DNA of 63,860 nucleotides, the filler included, from Elsinoe ampelina (Eukaryota), in assembly GCA_010093995.1 (NCBI GenBank). It is 3 parts of 3 records of this genome, joined end to end, with 100 filler letters (N's around TTAATTAATTAA, not from the genome) between each part and the next. Parts side by side here need not be neighbours in the genome. Positions count along the whole stretch, not along the records: positions 1 to 29,099 come from ML992555.1; 2 more parts are not named here. One strand, given 5' to 3'. Each line of letters starts with the position of its first letter. The first letter of the stretch is position 1. Both the position numbers and the translations under genes were made by a program. Shown piece after piece: positions 1 through 14,300 of this stretch. The notes beneath the pieces are model-generated. The model did not search any database. It was not told where the DNA came from and saw only the letters and a list, made by a program, of their open reading frames with translations.

Positions 1-2317
1 CCGCACCAACCACTCCACCGCGCCCCTCACCTCTCTCCCCTCGAACCTCTCCCCCCTCCCCACCACAACACCACTCATCAGATCCTCCTGCCCCACCAGC
101 CCTTTGAAAGCAGCGCAAAGCCCCCTCCTCTGTTCCCCATCCCCCATCGCGTCCCCTCTCACTCCCCGCGCCCACTGCACCAAATCGTCCTTCCCCGCGT
201 CGAAGCCGAGATCGTGGGCGACCCGCAGCAGCAAAGCCTTGAACGTGCGCAAGTGTCTGTGTTCCACCTCCGTCAACGTCCGGCTGGAGGAGTTGCGCGA
301 GGAAGAATCCGTGTACGAGCTCAGCGACGAGGCGTTGCTCGACCAGCGCTCGTGGTGGGTCGTGGCGCCGGCGGCGGTGGGGGCGGGGCCGGAGCGGCGG
401 GGGGGTTGTTGTTGCCGGGAGGTGGAAGTGCGGGGGGCGTCGGGGCCGAGGACGAGGATGTTGGGTGGTTGGGCGGATTCTGGCGATGAGGAATCGGTGA
501 CGTCGTCGAAGATTGTGATGGGGGTTTCTGGGGGGAGGGGCGGGGCGGGGTTCGTGAGGGACGAGGAGGTGGGAAAGGTGGGGTTGTAGGGCGGGGCGTC
601 GTGGTAGGTCCTGTTGCTGAGGGAGGAGGTGCGGCCTTCTGAGGAGGTGAGGTTGCGGGAGGAGCGAGGGGGGAATGAGGCTTGGTTGGGGCGAGGTGTG
701 CCGCGTTCGGAAGCCCGCGAGGTGGACCAGGATTCTTTGAGGAGATCGGAGAGGCCGAAGGCGGCGTGGAGGCAGGCGGTGAGGAGCTCTTCTTCGGTTT
801 GCTCGTCGTCGTAGGCGTCGGGGATGGGGTGTTGGAGGCGGTAGAGGGAGGAGGCGAGGGCGAAGCAGGCGGCGAGGAGGGCTTCGGTGTCTTGTGGTAG
901 AGAGGAGCGCTTCTTCATTAGTCGGTGGCAGAAGGCCATGTAGAAATCCATCGTGCGTTTCACAAAAGAGGGCGGAAGAGAGCGGTCCCGGACGTTGTAG
1001 AGATGAATGTTCATCTCAAACGAGACTCGAAGGATGGAGTCGGAGATTGCGTCGCCCTTTGAGCGAGCCTCGAAACGAGCTTGAGTGAACTCGCGGCAAA
1101 GCTCGATGCTCTCTTCTATGCCTCCCAGTGGCGTTTCGCGATGCGCGTACAGCTGCTGACATAATCTCCAACAGCTGTTCCACGCAATGTTGCTCAGTCG
1201 GCCTTGTGGTGTGTTGCTAAAGACACGCTGTCGATGTACACTGCTCATGTCTGCGAGGGTGTTACATAGACTCCAGCAATTCGCCAGAGCGCGTCGGAGA
1301 CCTCGCACTTCCTCAGTCACGCGGTCGAGACTCTTCGCGGTCTCGGACATGGCCAGGTCGCCGTTGACGTTGATGACGTGGATGCTGTAGTCACTGCTTT
1401 GTCTGACTCCAGAGCTCGAGTGACTTGATGCCGCAGTGTTTGATGATGTGGGTCTGGAGGAGAGAATGCTCTCAGTGACAGAGTCCTGCCGCGCCGGCTT
1501 CTGCGCTGAATTGTTGAGTGTGTCGTTGTCGCCATTATCTACACCAGGTGACTGTCCGGAAAGACGCTACACCAGATCAGCTTGACTACGCGTCAAGAAC
1601 GAAATGTTGTACCTTGTCATCTGGGCCTTTGGCAGCATCGGGGGTGCTGGGCGAAGCAATAAAGCTCTCGGCCTTGGTGTTGACCCTCGCACTCGGTGAT
1701 GCAGGACTCGCCTGTCTCTCATGAGCATTTCATCCTTGGCCTCTCTTTGCCATACTCACAAATTGCTTGAACCCCTGGCTGACATGTATGACCGACGTCG
1801 GTGCATCGTCCATCCCAAGCTCCCCTCTTCCGACAATGGCGGTGTCCAGCTTGGCTAGCTACAACCTGTCAGCATCCCTCTGCCTCTCACGGCTGTACAC
1901 CCACACTGTTAGGACTGATCGGACTCATGCCGTCTCGATCGAGTGGTGGTCCCTGTCTCTGCACTTGGTCTTGTCCGTGTCCGCTCTCATTCGCGAACAA
2001 GTGGTCGTTGATCCCATCTTGCGCCTCATCGTCTATATCTGTGGTGTCGGTACCGTTCGACTCTGTCGGGCTTGGGTCCACATGCGCCGGGTACGGTGAT
2101 GGAGGGGCAAGACTGTCGGCGCTGTGTGGTGTCAGCTTGTGTCCTGTCCTCGACCTCTCGCTCTTCCCGCCCTTTCGTAATTGCTTCGAAGTCCACCCCA
2201 CTGGTTTCCTGCTGTTGCTGCGTTGCTTCTCCCATGGAATCCTCCGGTGGCCGTTCAGCCGGCCAGATGATTGACGTACCTCCGCGGCGACAATCCCTCT
2301 CCCACCAGCCCCTCCAT
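1..2317 (-). CDS. Conserved fungal hypothetical protein, multi-exon, 3' end runs off the window
   Basis: Spliced by eye: ATG at 2317 (MEGLVGEGLSPR), GTACGT...GCTGAC...CACAG intron to SADSLAPPSPYP, three more short introns, then a long open frame (LRRALANCWSLCNTLADMSSVHRQR...AWNSCWRLCQQLY...ILRVSFEMNIHLYN) continuing toward base 1. Confidence 0.75.
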
Positions 2318-3449
2318 CGACTTGTCCTCTCCGACCTTCACTGCCGGCTCAGGCGACGGCGCAAGTGGTGATCTCAGCGCAGCCATATTGCCTGGCCCCT
2401 CTCAATGATGTGGTCGCTGCGCCGCAATTGTCCCTTCTCTTTTCCCACTTCCGAATAAGCTGTGTGTGCTACCGCCGGGTGACGAGAGCGGGGCACGAAA
2501 ACATGGTCGCTCGAGCGGAAAGATACAGCTGGGGCTGCGCAAACAAGGCACAATCTCGCTCGGGTCGGGGCAATGTCTTTGCCTGAATGCCAGACTTGTG
2601 CGACAGGGCTGGTCAAGTAGTTAACCTGGTCGCAGCAAGAGGGTAAGAGAGCTCGCACGCGTCTGGTGGAGTGATCTGCAGCTAGCAGTGGTAGCGTGGT
2701 AGCTGTCTATGTTTGAGTCATGTGCGTGTAGCTGACGGGGGTGGTGGACAGGTGGAGACGGGCACACGTGAGCTGTGCCGCTAGATTAGAAACTGAGACG
2801 AGGTAGAGAGGGCCGGCCAAGGGCATTATCTGTACATGTAGATATACAAAGATAGCTGTCGTAGCGCGGCCACGAATGGGAGTGAGGATGCATGTGCAGA
2901 GTCGAGGAAATGGCAGCCAGTCACAAGGCCGCGTTAGACGCTCGTGGCTTTCACCTTGACCGGTTCATGCACGCTATGCTTGGTACACTTGGTGCCCGGG
3001 TCACGTCGTCTGTGTTTGCTCTCATGCATGCGAGTTGGTTGTGGATTTGGATACAGACATGGCTGCCAACACATTCGTACATATAATTCGGCCCTGCTGT
3101 GTGCGCTGGACCTGTCGGAAAGGGCGCCTTTTGTCTCCCGCGCGTCTAACTGCTGCAGTCCTTATGCAATCCTCCCGTGAACATTTGGAAAATAGACACA
3201 TACCAGTGCTAATCCGGCCAGGCGTCCGCGTTCCTTGTGATCTGTCGATTCAAAATACCGAGTCGTTCTGGTTGAGTGCCTATGTGTCCATCCACCCATC
3301 CTGCCCACGCCGCTTACGCCGCCGTCCCAAATCATCGATTCATGGCTGCTGATACAGTCTCTGTGTCGTCGTCTCATTGGTTTGTTGTTACTGTTGGTTG
3401 AAGGATGTGCCACATGCAAAGACCTGCATTGTGAAAGTGGTCGCCCCTA

Positions 3450-6400
3450 TCAAGATGTGGGTTCTGGGTGTCTGCCCATCAATTCCTCCACTTTTGGTAT
3501 CAGATCTGGAAGACGGAATGGTTTCGAGACCACGTCATCCTACTTCTCGTCAGTAATCAACATGGAGAACTGCACCATCTCAGCTCACCATTCCTGCATC
3601 CAACGCTGTTTGTATTTGCTCACTCCTGGCATTGGCTGTGACAGCAATGACAGGAACATGGCCCGTCAGTTGTCCACTCTTCTCCATCTCTCTGATACAT
3701 TTCGTCGCAGTGAGTCCATCCATGACCGGCATTTCTTGATCCATGAGCACGACACTGAGGTTGGTCTTGCTCCCACCACCCGTCTTGCACCAAGTGCTCT
3801 GCTTTAGTTTCTCGAGTGCCTCCGCGCCGTGATTGGCAACTTGGACTATACAGCCCAAATTCTTGAGCTGCTTCTGCAGCACGCGTTGGTTGACCAAATT
3901 GTCTTCCACAAGCAGAATATATTTTGTCCCAACCGGCTTCTTCACCTCACCGGCCTTCGGTGACATCAGACCGGTCGGACCACCTGCAGAACCTACGATC
4001 GCACCAACCTTGGCAGCAACGCCATTGGCTCGATCGGTTGTGTCTGGCGCATGACTGCGTCGAGCTCGCACGTAGAAATTGAATGTGCTCCCTTTACCTG
4101 CCTCGCTAGCGACACCAATCTCACCGCCTTGAAGCTCAGTGAGCTGTCGTGAAATGAACAGACCCAGACCCGAGCCGCCGTATTGGACGTGTGTGCGCGG
4201 CGAGGCTTGACTAAAGCGCAAAAAGAGCATCTTCTTTTCTTGTTCGGTCAGACCACGTCCAGTGTCCTGTACACCGAATTGGATGTAGACCTCGTCGCCG
4301 TCGCCCCAGTCAGCGTTAGTCTCGCTGCGTTCCGTGCGGCGCGAGGGAAAGTAATCCACAGCGCGCTGCTTTAGTGTCGATGGCTTTTGTATTGAAGCTG
4401 CTATCGAGACAGTGATCGTTCGTTGACTTTCCGGTGTGGTGAATTTGATTGCGTTGGTAGTCAGATTGATCAAGACTTGCAGAACGCGGGATGGGTCGAA
4501 GCGAACCCAATCGATGCCGAGCTTCTCGTATGATGGGTCCACTCTGAATTTGAGTTGAATGTCGTTGGACGATAGCTCACCCTCGTGCATCTTCAAAGCC
4601 CGCTGCACCACAGTCAGAGGTTGGGCATCAACGGGTGTTACAAGAAGCAATTCCGAATCGAGCTTTGAGAGTGTGAGGATGTCGTCTACGATGCGTTTCT
4701 GATGCTGCGCGCAGAGTGCAATGGTCTGAGCAGCTTCCAGAGCGCTCGTCACAGACTCATCAAGATCTTTGCTCCGGAAACTGGTCTGGTCATCTCTGAT
4801 CTTGACCATTGTCGCGGAAATCTCGTCGGAGCATTGTAGAATGGCCGAAAGAGGGTTCCGCATCTCGTGAGACGTCATATCGATGAAGTTTTCTTGTTGT
4901 CGTTTCAGCTCAACAGCCTCTTCCATTTTGCGTTTCTGAAATCCTTCTGCCCATTTCTGCTGACTTATGTCGGTGAAGGATCCGAAGACAGATTTGAGAT
5001 TGCCATTCGGATTCTTCTCAGGGTAAGCCGAGAAAAGGACCCAGCGTTCACCTGGAGTGCCATCAGGATTCGTCCATGCAGCCTTGAAGCGGAATGCGGC
5101 AGTGATTGGTCGCTTCTCAATGACAAGCTCGCGCCAATGGTTCATAACCATCTGCCGGTCATCATCGTTGACGGCGTCCATCCACTTTTGTACCGGCGCA
5201 TCTTTCGATATGCTCGATATCTTGTACCACGTGTCGTTGCAATATGTGATGCTTCCTTCAGAGTTTGCGATGAACATGCCGACTGGTGCGAACTCGGCCA
5301 TTCGAGTGAATTTGGTCTCGCTCTCAATGGCCTCTTGTGTTCGCGCCGCAAGCTGCTCCGACAATTCCATGCGATCGAGCGCAGCAAGCTTTGCAGCCTT
5401 CTGTCCTCTCCGAATCTCTTCTTCAAACAGGACGACTGATGCGAGAGAAGTAGCCAATTGTCGACTCAGCAGCTGAATGAAAAGACTGTAGTCCTCATCG
5501 TATGGTCTACGTGGATTCACCCCTAGCACCAAAAACCCAAGTACTGATTCGCCCGTTGTAGGATGAATAGGGCAGATGACGACGGATTTGACTGGGTCAC
5601 CAAATCCTCGAGCGTCGAGATTCTGAAGCAAACTAGCTGGAAGTTCGTACGAGCCAGCGTGTAGCAGTATAGGCTTGTCAGTCTTGACTGATTCGCGGAA
5701 CACTGTTCCGAACCCTTCGGTTCCAGATTTAAGATCGATGTTCTGCGGAGCCGAAGAATGACCATGAGCGATGCCCAAAGATCCCTCGAGACGACAGGTC
5801 ATGTTTGCTGACATCGAGGCCGAATGTATTGACGATGAATCCGAGTCCGAGTCGTCCGAGACTGAATAAAGAAGCACGAGCGGAGTGTCATACTCATTCA
5901 ATTCGAGAGCTCCCAGAACTTGTTGCCAGAAGCCCCTGACATCGCGTGCTGCCGCAGTCCTTTCTCCAATCTCTCGCAAGGTAAGCATACGTCTTTCAGC
6001 TATTTTCCGCCGTGTCTTCTCAAACGCTGGATTATAAAGTCCTTGGACTGACCCGTCCGATCCAACCAGAGGAATGATGGACCAGGAAAAGTATGTCTCT
6101 TCAAGATAATCGTTTCGCATCATGAACAGACAATCGTCATCCTTCATGGTAGCTTCACCAGTGCTTCTGGCATTCGCGAAGGCATCTTTCACCTCGTCCC
6201 AGATCTCATGCCATGCCTCGCTGTATTTCTGTCCCATCAACTGAGGATGTTTCTGCCCAGCAAGTGCCACATATGCTTCGTTGTAGATGGCTATGAAATC
6301 TTCCCCCCAGTACATCGCTGCTGGGTGGGGGCTGCCCATGATGAGATTGCACATTTGTCGAAGATCTGGCGACCATAGTTCTATCGGTCCTAGAGATGTC

Positions 6401-7962
6401 GACGCCCAATCGACAGATCTAGCGAATCGAATATGTTCCGGCATGCTGTCCGTCACAGGAATCCGCGTCCAGTCAAATGATGGTTCTTCTTCCATCGGCA
6501 TATCATCCATTGAAATCGGATCCGAGTCTTTCGTTGCCATTGTCGGATATCCCATAGATTCTGGTGTTTGCGACGGATGGCTAGACGCTGGCTCGGTTGA
6601 AGGAAGCGCATCATTTGATGTTACCCTAGTAGGTACCGACGGTCGTAAGAACCCAGTGTTGCCGAAATAGTCCGGTGGTTCAAGAGGACTTGATGGTTTC
6701 GCATCTGTCTTGAACTTGGGCGTTATGTCCAGCGGAGGTGATTTCACGTGTCTTGGTCCTGGAGACGTCCCATCCTGCAGGAACGTGCCACTTACCAGGC
6801 GAAGACGTTTCCGTAACGTGGAGACCGACCAAGATAATCCAGCAAATTTGAAAGAAGGAAGACAGACATTCAGCGATTCACCATTGACCGTAGCACTAAG
6901 CAGCCATGATTTGAATTGAATGAAGGTCTGCGCGGAGTCTCCCTCACTCAAAATTTGCTCGAAGGCTCCAGTCACCAGTTCCACAAGCCCGGAGTATGAT
7001 CGTAAGGAGGAGTTTGTGAAGAGGGGTCTCAGCTGTCCGCTTCCATAGTTGCCGCTATCGCTGAGATCCACGATCATGGTAGGTCTCTCATCTTGCTCGA
7101 GCAATTCAACCACACCTATCGAGCTTATGATTCCAGACGAGGCGTCACCTCTAATGCTTGAATCCGGCGAAGTCGACCGTGCAATACTTGAGCGATCCGA
7201 CGCAGCTCGAATTTGCATTGCACTCGGCAAAGAAGGTGTGGAGACCGTGCCTCTCGCCAGTGTTACCGTCTTGATCTGCGCATCTTCTGACTTTGCCTTG
7301 CTCAACATCTTTATAGCCGCGTCTGAGCTCGAAAATCTAGCAGGAAGTTGTGGTCGCAAGAGGGGAGAGTTGCTGAAGAAGAGTGGGGACGCGGGTTGAG
7401 TGTCGTTGATCGAGGGCCCTGGGAAATCAAAATGCTCTAGGACGTGTCGTCGCTTCTTGGGGAACAGTCGGGGCTTCTTCAAGGAGGGCTTGGAGTTGGA
7501 TAGTGATCGAACTTTTTCGTCGAGCGGGCGTTTCTTCGAGGACGGTGGGGTCTAACAACAATCAGCATTCTGATCATGCAGTATGGCAGACTCCGATCTC
7601 ACCGCGGTAAAGCGGTATTGGCTGTCTGCTGTTACCGAATCTGCAGGCTGCAAGACGGGGAGTATCAAATCGTCTGCTGGATGCGATGTTGGGCCTTGTT
7701 CTGTGGTCAAAATCTTTTCTGTCGTTTGATTGAAGTAGTCCTGAGCCTCTTCGATATTGCCGCTGTGTCCTTGAGGTCCAAGCTCCGAATGCGCAGATGA
7801 AGTGTCGCCCGGCAGGTGTGAAGTATGTACAATGAAAGGGTTGTTCTGTTCTATGCTCGAGTCGTGTCGTGTCGGCTGGTGGTCTGACACGAGTGGAGGA
7901 GAGGATATCGTCTCAGTAAACTGGCTGCCGGGGACTGTAAAGATAGACTTGGGATAAGTCAT
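3450..7962 (-). CDS. Hybrid sensor histidine kinase (PAS/GAF-like sensors, HisKA, HATPase_c, receiver domain)
   Basis: H-box FIDMTSHEMRNPL, N-box NLTTNAIKFT, G boxes DTGRG and GGSGLGLFIS, receiver VEDNLVNQ/MDQEMPVMDG. Intron ~7552-7603 joins the upstream ORF. Intron ~3541-3587 leads to DDVVSKPFRLPDL and a TGA at 3450. Confidence 0.95.
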
Positions 7963-9453
7963 GAAGCTGCAGAGAAGCGAAGTCTGCCAGCACCCAGTGT
8001 GATCCTATTCCTCCTTCCCATGTCTTGAGCTCTCAATGACCAATTGACATGATGCTGTTGAAATGCACGCTGAAGCCCAAGATGCGATCACGGGTCTGAT
8101 GCAGGAGGCGATGTGAGAAGACGGTTTGCGCGTGATGCGAGCGTGTTGTCGAAAGGGAGTTTGAGGTCACGGTCGTGGACGGAGAAGAACCACGGCACAT
8201 TCCGCGCCTGCACAAAACGCATGCGAAACCTCTCATGGGGAAAAACCTGACGATGTCATGCGGCTCGGATGCCATTTAGCGTAACAGCTTTCCACTATTC
8301 TGGAAACCTTGACTCTCTCACATGTCTCGATGGTGTTATAGCAAGATTGTCAATCCCATAAATTTCATCAGTCATCTGCTGGACGAGCGACACGAATGCG
8401 CCCAGAGAGATTGTGTCAGTCCCTCCGTAGCTTCGCGTAATCGGTCAAGTTCGCTACAGTCAGTCAATTGTGAGACACACGACGAGACAAGATCAACATA
8501 GACGACAATGAATCATCATCATGATCTTGATCATGTCGTCTCGTTGATTGTGGACAAACGACTGAGGATATTGCTATCTCTGATGCCTTCTCCACAATCC
8601 ATTCTGTCTGTCTAAGACGTAGCGACGGCAGCCAGCAAATGCTGAGCAGCTCATCAGTGAAATGATGGCAATCGCAGAAGTACAGATCACTCTGTATGAG
8701 AGTTGACTCCTCGCCATACAGTATCCGACCTACAATTTGTCCAGCCCGAAGACGGCTATTGTGTCGGGGCCGTCAATAGACTCGGTGCATTCTCTATCCC
8801 CACCTAGTGTCTTGTGACACCAGGCAGGTCCGCGTCAACAACATTGGTATTTAGGAGGTACTAGTAGTACACATGAAAGGTCATCGTAGGCGGAAGTCCG
8901 ATGACTGCCACAGGAAGATGTGCTGTCCGACCATGGTATGGCGCTAGCCACCGGCGAAGTGGTTCGCACAGCTGTGGCCAAGTGCGTAAAAGAACCTCGG
9001 AGAACTACGTGCCACAAGCTGCCTGATCCGATGGGAAATGTCGAAGTGTTTATGCAGCAGTATTGTGAAAAAGTCATTGGAAAGCAGCGATGTCCTTCGC
9101 TGTTATGCCACATGAGAAATGCCCTGGACGGAAGCATCTCTACCGGAGATCTTGAACCCAGAGCTCTCCCCACGGAACGGGAGGTATGCACACTCCACGA
9201 AAATTATGTCTCTTGCCAACTACATTCTACAGCGCGCCCAATTGAGCCCAAGGGGGCCGTTCTTGGAACACGATGCATGTTGGACGTGTGTAAAGGACTG
9301 CAGAAAGGGCCAAGGTTTGGCGCGGGGCTTGGCACCGAGAGTTGGAATAATGCAAATCTCGCCAACCTCACTTTCTGCACTTCCACCATCAACAGTGCAC
9401 CGCGCACCAACCCCAGCAACTATTCGGCTTCTGCACGTGACTTGCAACTCGCC

Positions 9454-11370
9454 ATGGGTTGGTCAACACGTTTCCAGATGGAATTTGATGGCGCTGACTG
9501 TCCACCTCCGCAGGTTACGATTGGGATGATAAACGCGACGTCTGCTTCAAGCTTTACGTCACAGAAAAGAGACCGCTAGATGAGGTTGTCGACTACTTCA
9601 GGGATAAATTGGACTTTGTCCCGAGGTAAGAAACTAGGCACTGGCCTACTACAGACAGTTAATGATACATTCCAGTAAAAGGACGTTCCAGACGCAGTTT
9701 CGTGTAAGCACACAATGACGTGATAGATAGATCGGCATATCCTCACACAATTGCAGAGATGGGGTTTCCCGACCAAGTTCGACTACTCCCACAAGGATGA
9801 AGCGGTTGTCGCCCGAGTTCGCGAGATGTGGGAGAAGAATGTGATGCAGAAGGACATGCTCCCCATTCTGCAAGCCGAGGGATACAATGTCACCGAAAGT
9901 GGTCTCATGCGTCTCCGCTTCAGGCATGGCATGCATCTGAAAACGACCAATCTTCTGGAGAATGCATCGACCGATGCCACTAACGACGTTCCTGGAGCTG
10001 TGGATGGTATTGATGCTATTGCCGCCGCCACATCAGGAGCCGCGGAGCCTGATCTCTCTCTCCTTGCAGAAGCTTGTGAGTCGTCCATCGCGTTTTTGCA
10101 TTGCTCATTCTGACACTCTGCAGCAACAGGAGCTAAGAGAAAGGGCCGAGACGACCTGCAAGCAAGCAACGAGGAGAAATGGAAAGCCAAAAAACGTCGC
10201 CGTCATACCAGAGAATGGAATGGTCTGCCACCCGATCCTCCAGGGCCGCCCCGCTATCCATCCGAGACCACGCTTGGAGAAGCTCAGAGGTCACTTGGTC
10301 TTGACACTGACATGTATCGTCAACTTCGGGAGCAGTTCCAAGCCATCTGTCGAGAACGGGGCATCGTCAAAAAGACGGAATGTGGGCCTGAAGCGTGGGA
10401 AGCTGCGAAGCAACATGTGGTCCAGAGCACGCCTCACCTGCAGCAATTGTTCGCCAATACAGATCCATCATCCCCGCAACCACTTCAGCTGTTCCTCGAC
10501 GTCATTTGCATGGATGTAACGAAGCACATGCGCAACCAGTCCAAGAACATGTCTTTAGCAGAAGCCAAAAACACCCTTGGACTCAATCCGCTCGAGTCGA
10601 GGCTCATGAAGCAGAAACTTGTCAAGATACTTCTGGCCAACAACTTCGTCAACACGTATGAGACAGAGAACTGGAATGAGTTGAAAGAGGAGTGGCTGCA
10701 TGGAACCGTGGTGCAGGAGAGAATGCCCACGGAAGAAGGTCTCGCCAGAGAAAGATATCTGAAAGCCGTTCAGCTTCTTTGCCGGGACACTCTCAAGCGT
10801 TGGCGCGAGACTGTGCGTACGTCTGAGCAGAAGAAGAACGTTCAGGCCGACGAACCCACCACCTCAACGACCCGGAGTCCGTCAGCGCCCCAGACCAAGA
10901 CCAAAGCACCAGCTCGCCGCAACAAGAAGTCGGTACCTGCAGCGTCCGAAGCTGCTAGCGGTGACGTTCAGATCGATCCATCCCTTTTACAAGCCGCCAA
11001 TACATCTTCGTTGCTCAGCGCTGAGAATCACCAGCCTCAAGCATATCCAGCTCCAGGGGCTGCCGAGGCTTCGCTGGATCCACCGCTTGCCGTGTACTTT
11101 CGGCGTGGCTCCATGTCTACCGATGTCGGAGTGCCACCCCTCTGGCTAAGCATACTCGCCACCCGCGACCTGAGCGGGTTGTATCAAGCGGCACTAAGTT
11201 TCCAGGGCGGCTCAGCATATGCGGTTGTGAAGGTCGAAGGAGTGACACCGTCACCCCAAGGCGGAGAACTCCTTTACCAGATTGACCGGGACGATGAGTT
11301 GCATGGATATCTCCTTCACAGCGCCGGAGGGAAAGCAACCTTTGTGGTTCACTTGGCGGGCCGGATGTAG
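9454..11370 (+). CDS. Clr5-domain protein (N-terminal Clr5-like helical domain), 4 introns
   Basis: ATG 9454 plus introns gives MGYDWDDKRDVCFKLYVTEKRPLDEVVDYF...SKRTFQTQFRRWGFPTK, the Clr5-domain pattern; continues through ORFs 9751.. and 10312..11370. Confidence 0.8.
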
Positions 11371-14300
11371 ATCTTTATGGGTGAGGAAAAAGATCGAGCT
11401 GAGTTTCTTTAATTGGATGAGGTGGGTTCGTTCGGGGGAAAGTGGGATCCCTCATCAGTGGTCCCGTTGGGAACGCTCATCATTGCCCCCTCGAGATGAG
11501 GCTCTGCAGGACGAGAATGGGGCTGCAAGGTCTGACATCAAAATGGTGATCCTGAGTGTCAATTGAGTTTCTTAAGCCAATGGGCGCTGTTCCGACTTCC
11601 GGCGGGGCCTGCCACTCGGTCGATTGTGTTGTGCTTTGATCTGCAAACCTCTTTGGTCCACGGCCAGCTCCTTTTTTCCGATTTTGCCAGGAACAGAGTT
11701 TGCTCAGGGTCTCGTGCGATCCTGGTTCAGGTCGTGCCGTCTGCGTCTGACATCACTGCCGGATTTTTCAGAGCAGACTGCTGCTTAGCAATGATTCGAA
11801 ATCGACCTACAGTAACTTTATGCCGATTTACAACTCCCGTGCATGTATCACAACACCACCATATAGCCCTCGCACGGTACAGGCACTACGTGCACGCTAC
11901 CAGTCGCTGGCGAAACTCTGACGAGCCGCTTGTAGATCTCGTCCGCCCCAAGTTCTCCAATGCACGACGAAAACAAGAATTTGCAGATCCGCGCACGTAC
12001 AGTAGCATTGCATTGTTGGACGCGAGCGTCTTGGGTCATACAGTATTTCCCGATCACTGATCACGCCGAGACGTTTCATTCTCACGGTCATGCAGCAACA
12101 GGACAGGAAAAGAGGGGAGTGGTCCAGTTCAGCGTTTCCCATTATCAGCACTACTGTGGATGAGGGCTACGATGATATTTACGTGCTGCTAGACATATCC
12201 CCCGCGTCGTTCATGGCGAGGCTCCTGGCCTCCAGTTCACGCGAAGATCCTTCGTCGGGCAATCGAGGCGAGACAAGTGCGCCGCCAGCGCCCGCTCGCG
12301 TGCTGGACCACACACATGTGGCACGTCGCCAGAACATTATCCCGAGATGTCAACAGTACCACCGAGTCACGCTGGCTGAGGACCATGAGGCCTCCTCGCT
12401 TAGTGAAGCAAGAAAGTAGGCGATCACACAGATGACCAGATGAGTGCCTGGTCTGCCCAAGACATGGAAATGAGAAGCAAGCTTGCATGGACAAAAAGAG
12501 CCATGGAACGTGCCGTCAAGGCACGTTCTCAGAAAACGTTGCAGGGCTCGGAGATGTACCGGTTCACGGATAGTCGGCAACGAGAGCTTCTGTCAAGAAA
12601 TTATCAGTGTCTCAAGATGAGAACCCGTTGGGACACTGCCAACGATATACACAAGCCCCAGACCGACAACCCTAACCTTGTCCATCAATCTTCACTTAGG
12701 AGTGGAGTACAGGCACAGAGCGGAAGTCTCGGTCGAGATCCAAGAACGTTTCAAGCATATCGTTCTAAGAGGTAGGGCATTGTCACCTCCCGAAAAGGTA
12801 CAATTGAAGCGATCTCCTGTACCTGACCCCGGGCTGTTGAGAGAGCCTCATGGCGCAAAACCAGCTGATCAAGCCAAGTTGGTAGATATTTCGGTAGATG
12901 ACCGCCGAGATCCGTCCGGATGTAATGCGATTCTGACACAAAGCATGGTCATGAGACTGCATCACCACTGGACTGTGATTTACCTTGGTCATACATCGGC
13001 CCTCGACAGTGTGGAAAATCTTTGCAGATGTCCTTCAGCCACCTGGAGAGATCTTACGTGTGCCGCGGCCGCGGACGTCAGGGGTGCACGAGAGCAGGAC
13101 GGGTCACACATGGCCGTGGCCTCGTGGCAATGACGCACCCCGCGCCCCATGGATTCACGGCCCCTGCTAGCTGGGAAAGCAAGGCTTGAGAGTTGTGACT
13201 GGCCTGATCCGGCACTCCAGCGCGTCAATCCACGAGTCAGATCCTGCAAGTTTGCGTTATCCCCGAAGCTCCTCGAAAATCCCACGCGAATTCACGTTTT
13301 GCCAAACAGGAAGGAGTGATTTCCTTCGGACCCCCCTTGTCAGCCTGCGCGGCATATTGAGCACGGTGTTTGTTAGAGGTTTGTCTGATCTGCCGGGGGG
13401 GACCTCAATAGAGAGCTGTAATATCGCTAACAGAACCACAATCGAGAGACAGGAGGAGCAAAGATCTGGGTCGGAAGTCGTTCCCGATTGCATCAATGCG
13501 GTCAACAGTCTCAACGTTTGATGGGAGCAAACAGGGGGAAGCTGAATTCCCATTACAGTACAACGACGGTGAGAGCCAGCCAGGCAGTCGAACACTGCCT
13601 GTGGCTTTGCGGTAACTGCCGGACCTACTTCCCGTGAAAGATGTTCGCCATGATCTACCTTTCCCGGCCGGACGGCAGCGCCCAGAATCCATTGTACTGT
13701 ACCTCACGGCTGCCCAAGGTTGCTGCCGTCCCGTCCTTGCATGGGCATTCTCGCAGGCTAACAACCACCCATCAACGAGGATTACAGACGCCGCGGCTGC
13801 ACGAAGGAGCAATCAGAGACTTCTCACAGTACGCATGACAACACAGTGAGTGGAGTAACAGGGCACAGCGTTGATCGACCTACCCCAATTGCTTTGCTTC
13901 GCAAGAGCCCGTTACTCCAAGAAGCGGTGTCGTTGCAGCCGACAAACTCTGACTCTCCATGTGGGTTTTCTCAGGCAACGTTGCCGAGCCGAATTTTCGG
14001 TACTTTTCCCTCTGGCATCTCGCCCACTGGCTGCTTTCGAGTAAGCCACTCGCCGCCCAGGCTGTCCACGCTCGGTCCGTGGAGCTTCGCTGCACGTCGT
14101 CTCATCTCCTGAACCAATGGCTGGAAAGGTAATCTGACCTAGACCATGCGGGCGTGTCAGAGCACATGGCTTGGCCGTGAGATTGACACGCCCCCCGTGT
14201 TCTTGTTCTTTCTGGTGGGAGCAGGGCATGGGAAAGTCTCGCTCCGAGAGCAGCTCGCCTCTTCCAAGCAGCTCTGAATGGCGCCGCTGGTGCAAAGTCA

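Noticed and set aside
8920..9579. 219-aa + strand ORF
   Set aside because: Non-ATG start, atypical composition, and it overlaps the promoter and first intron of the Clr5-domain gene.
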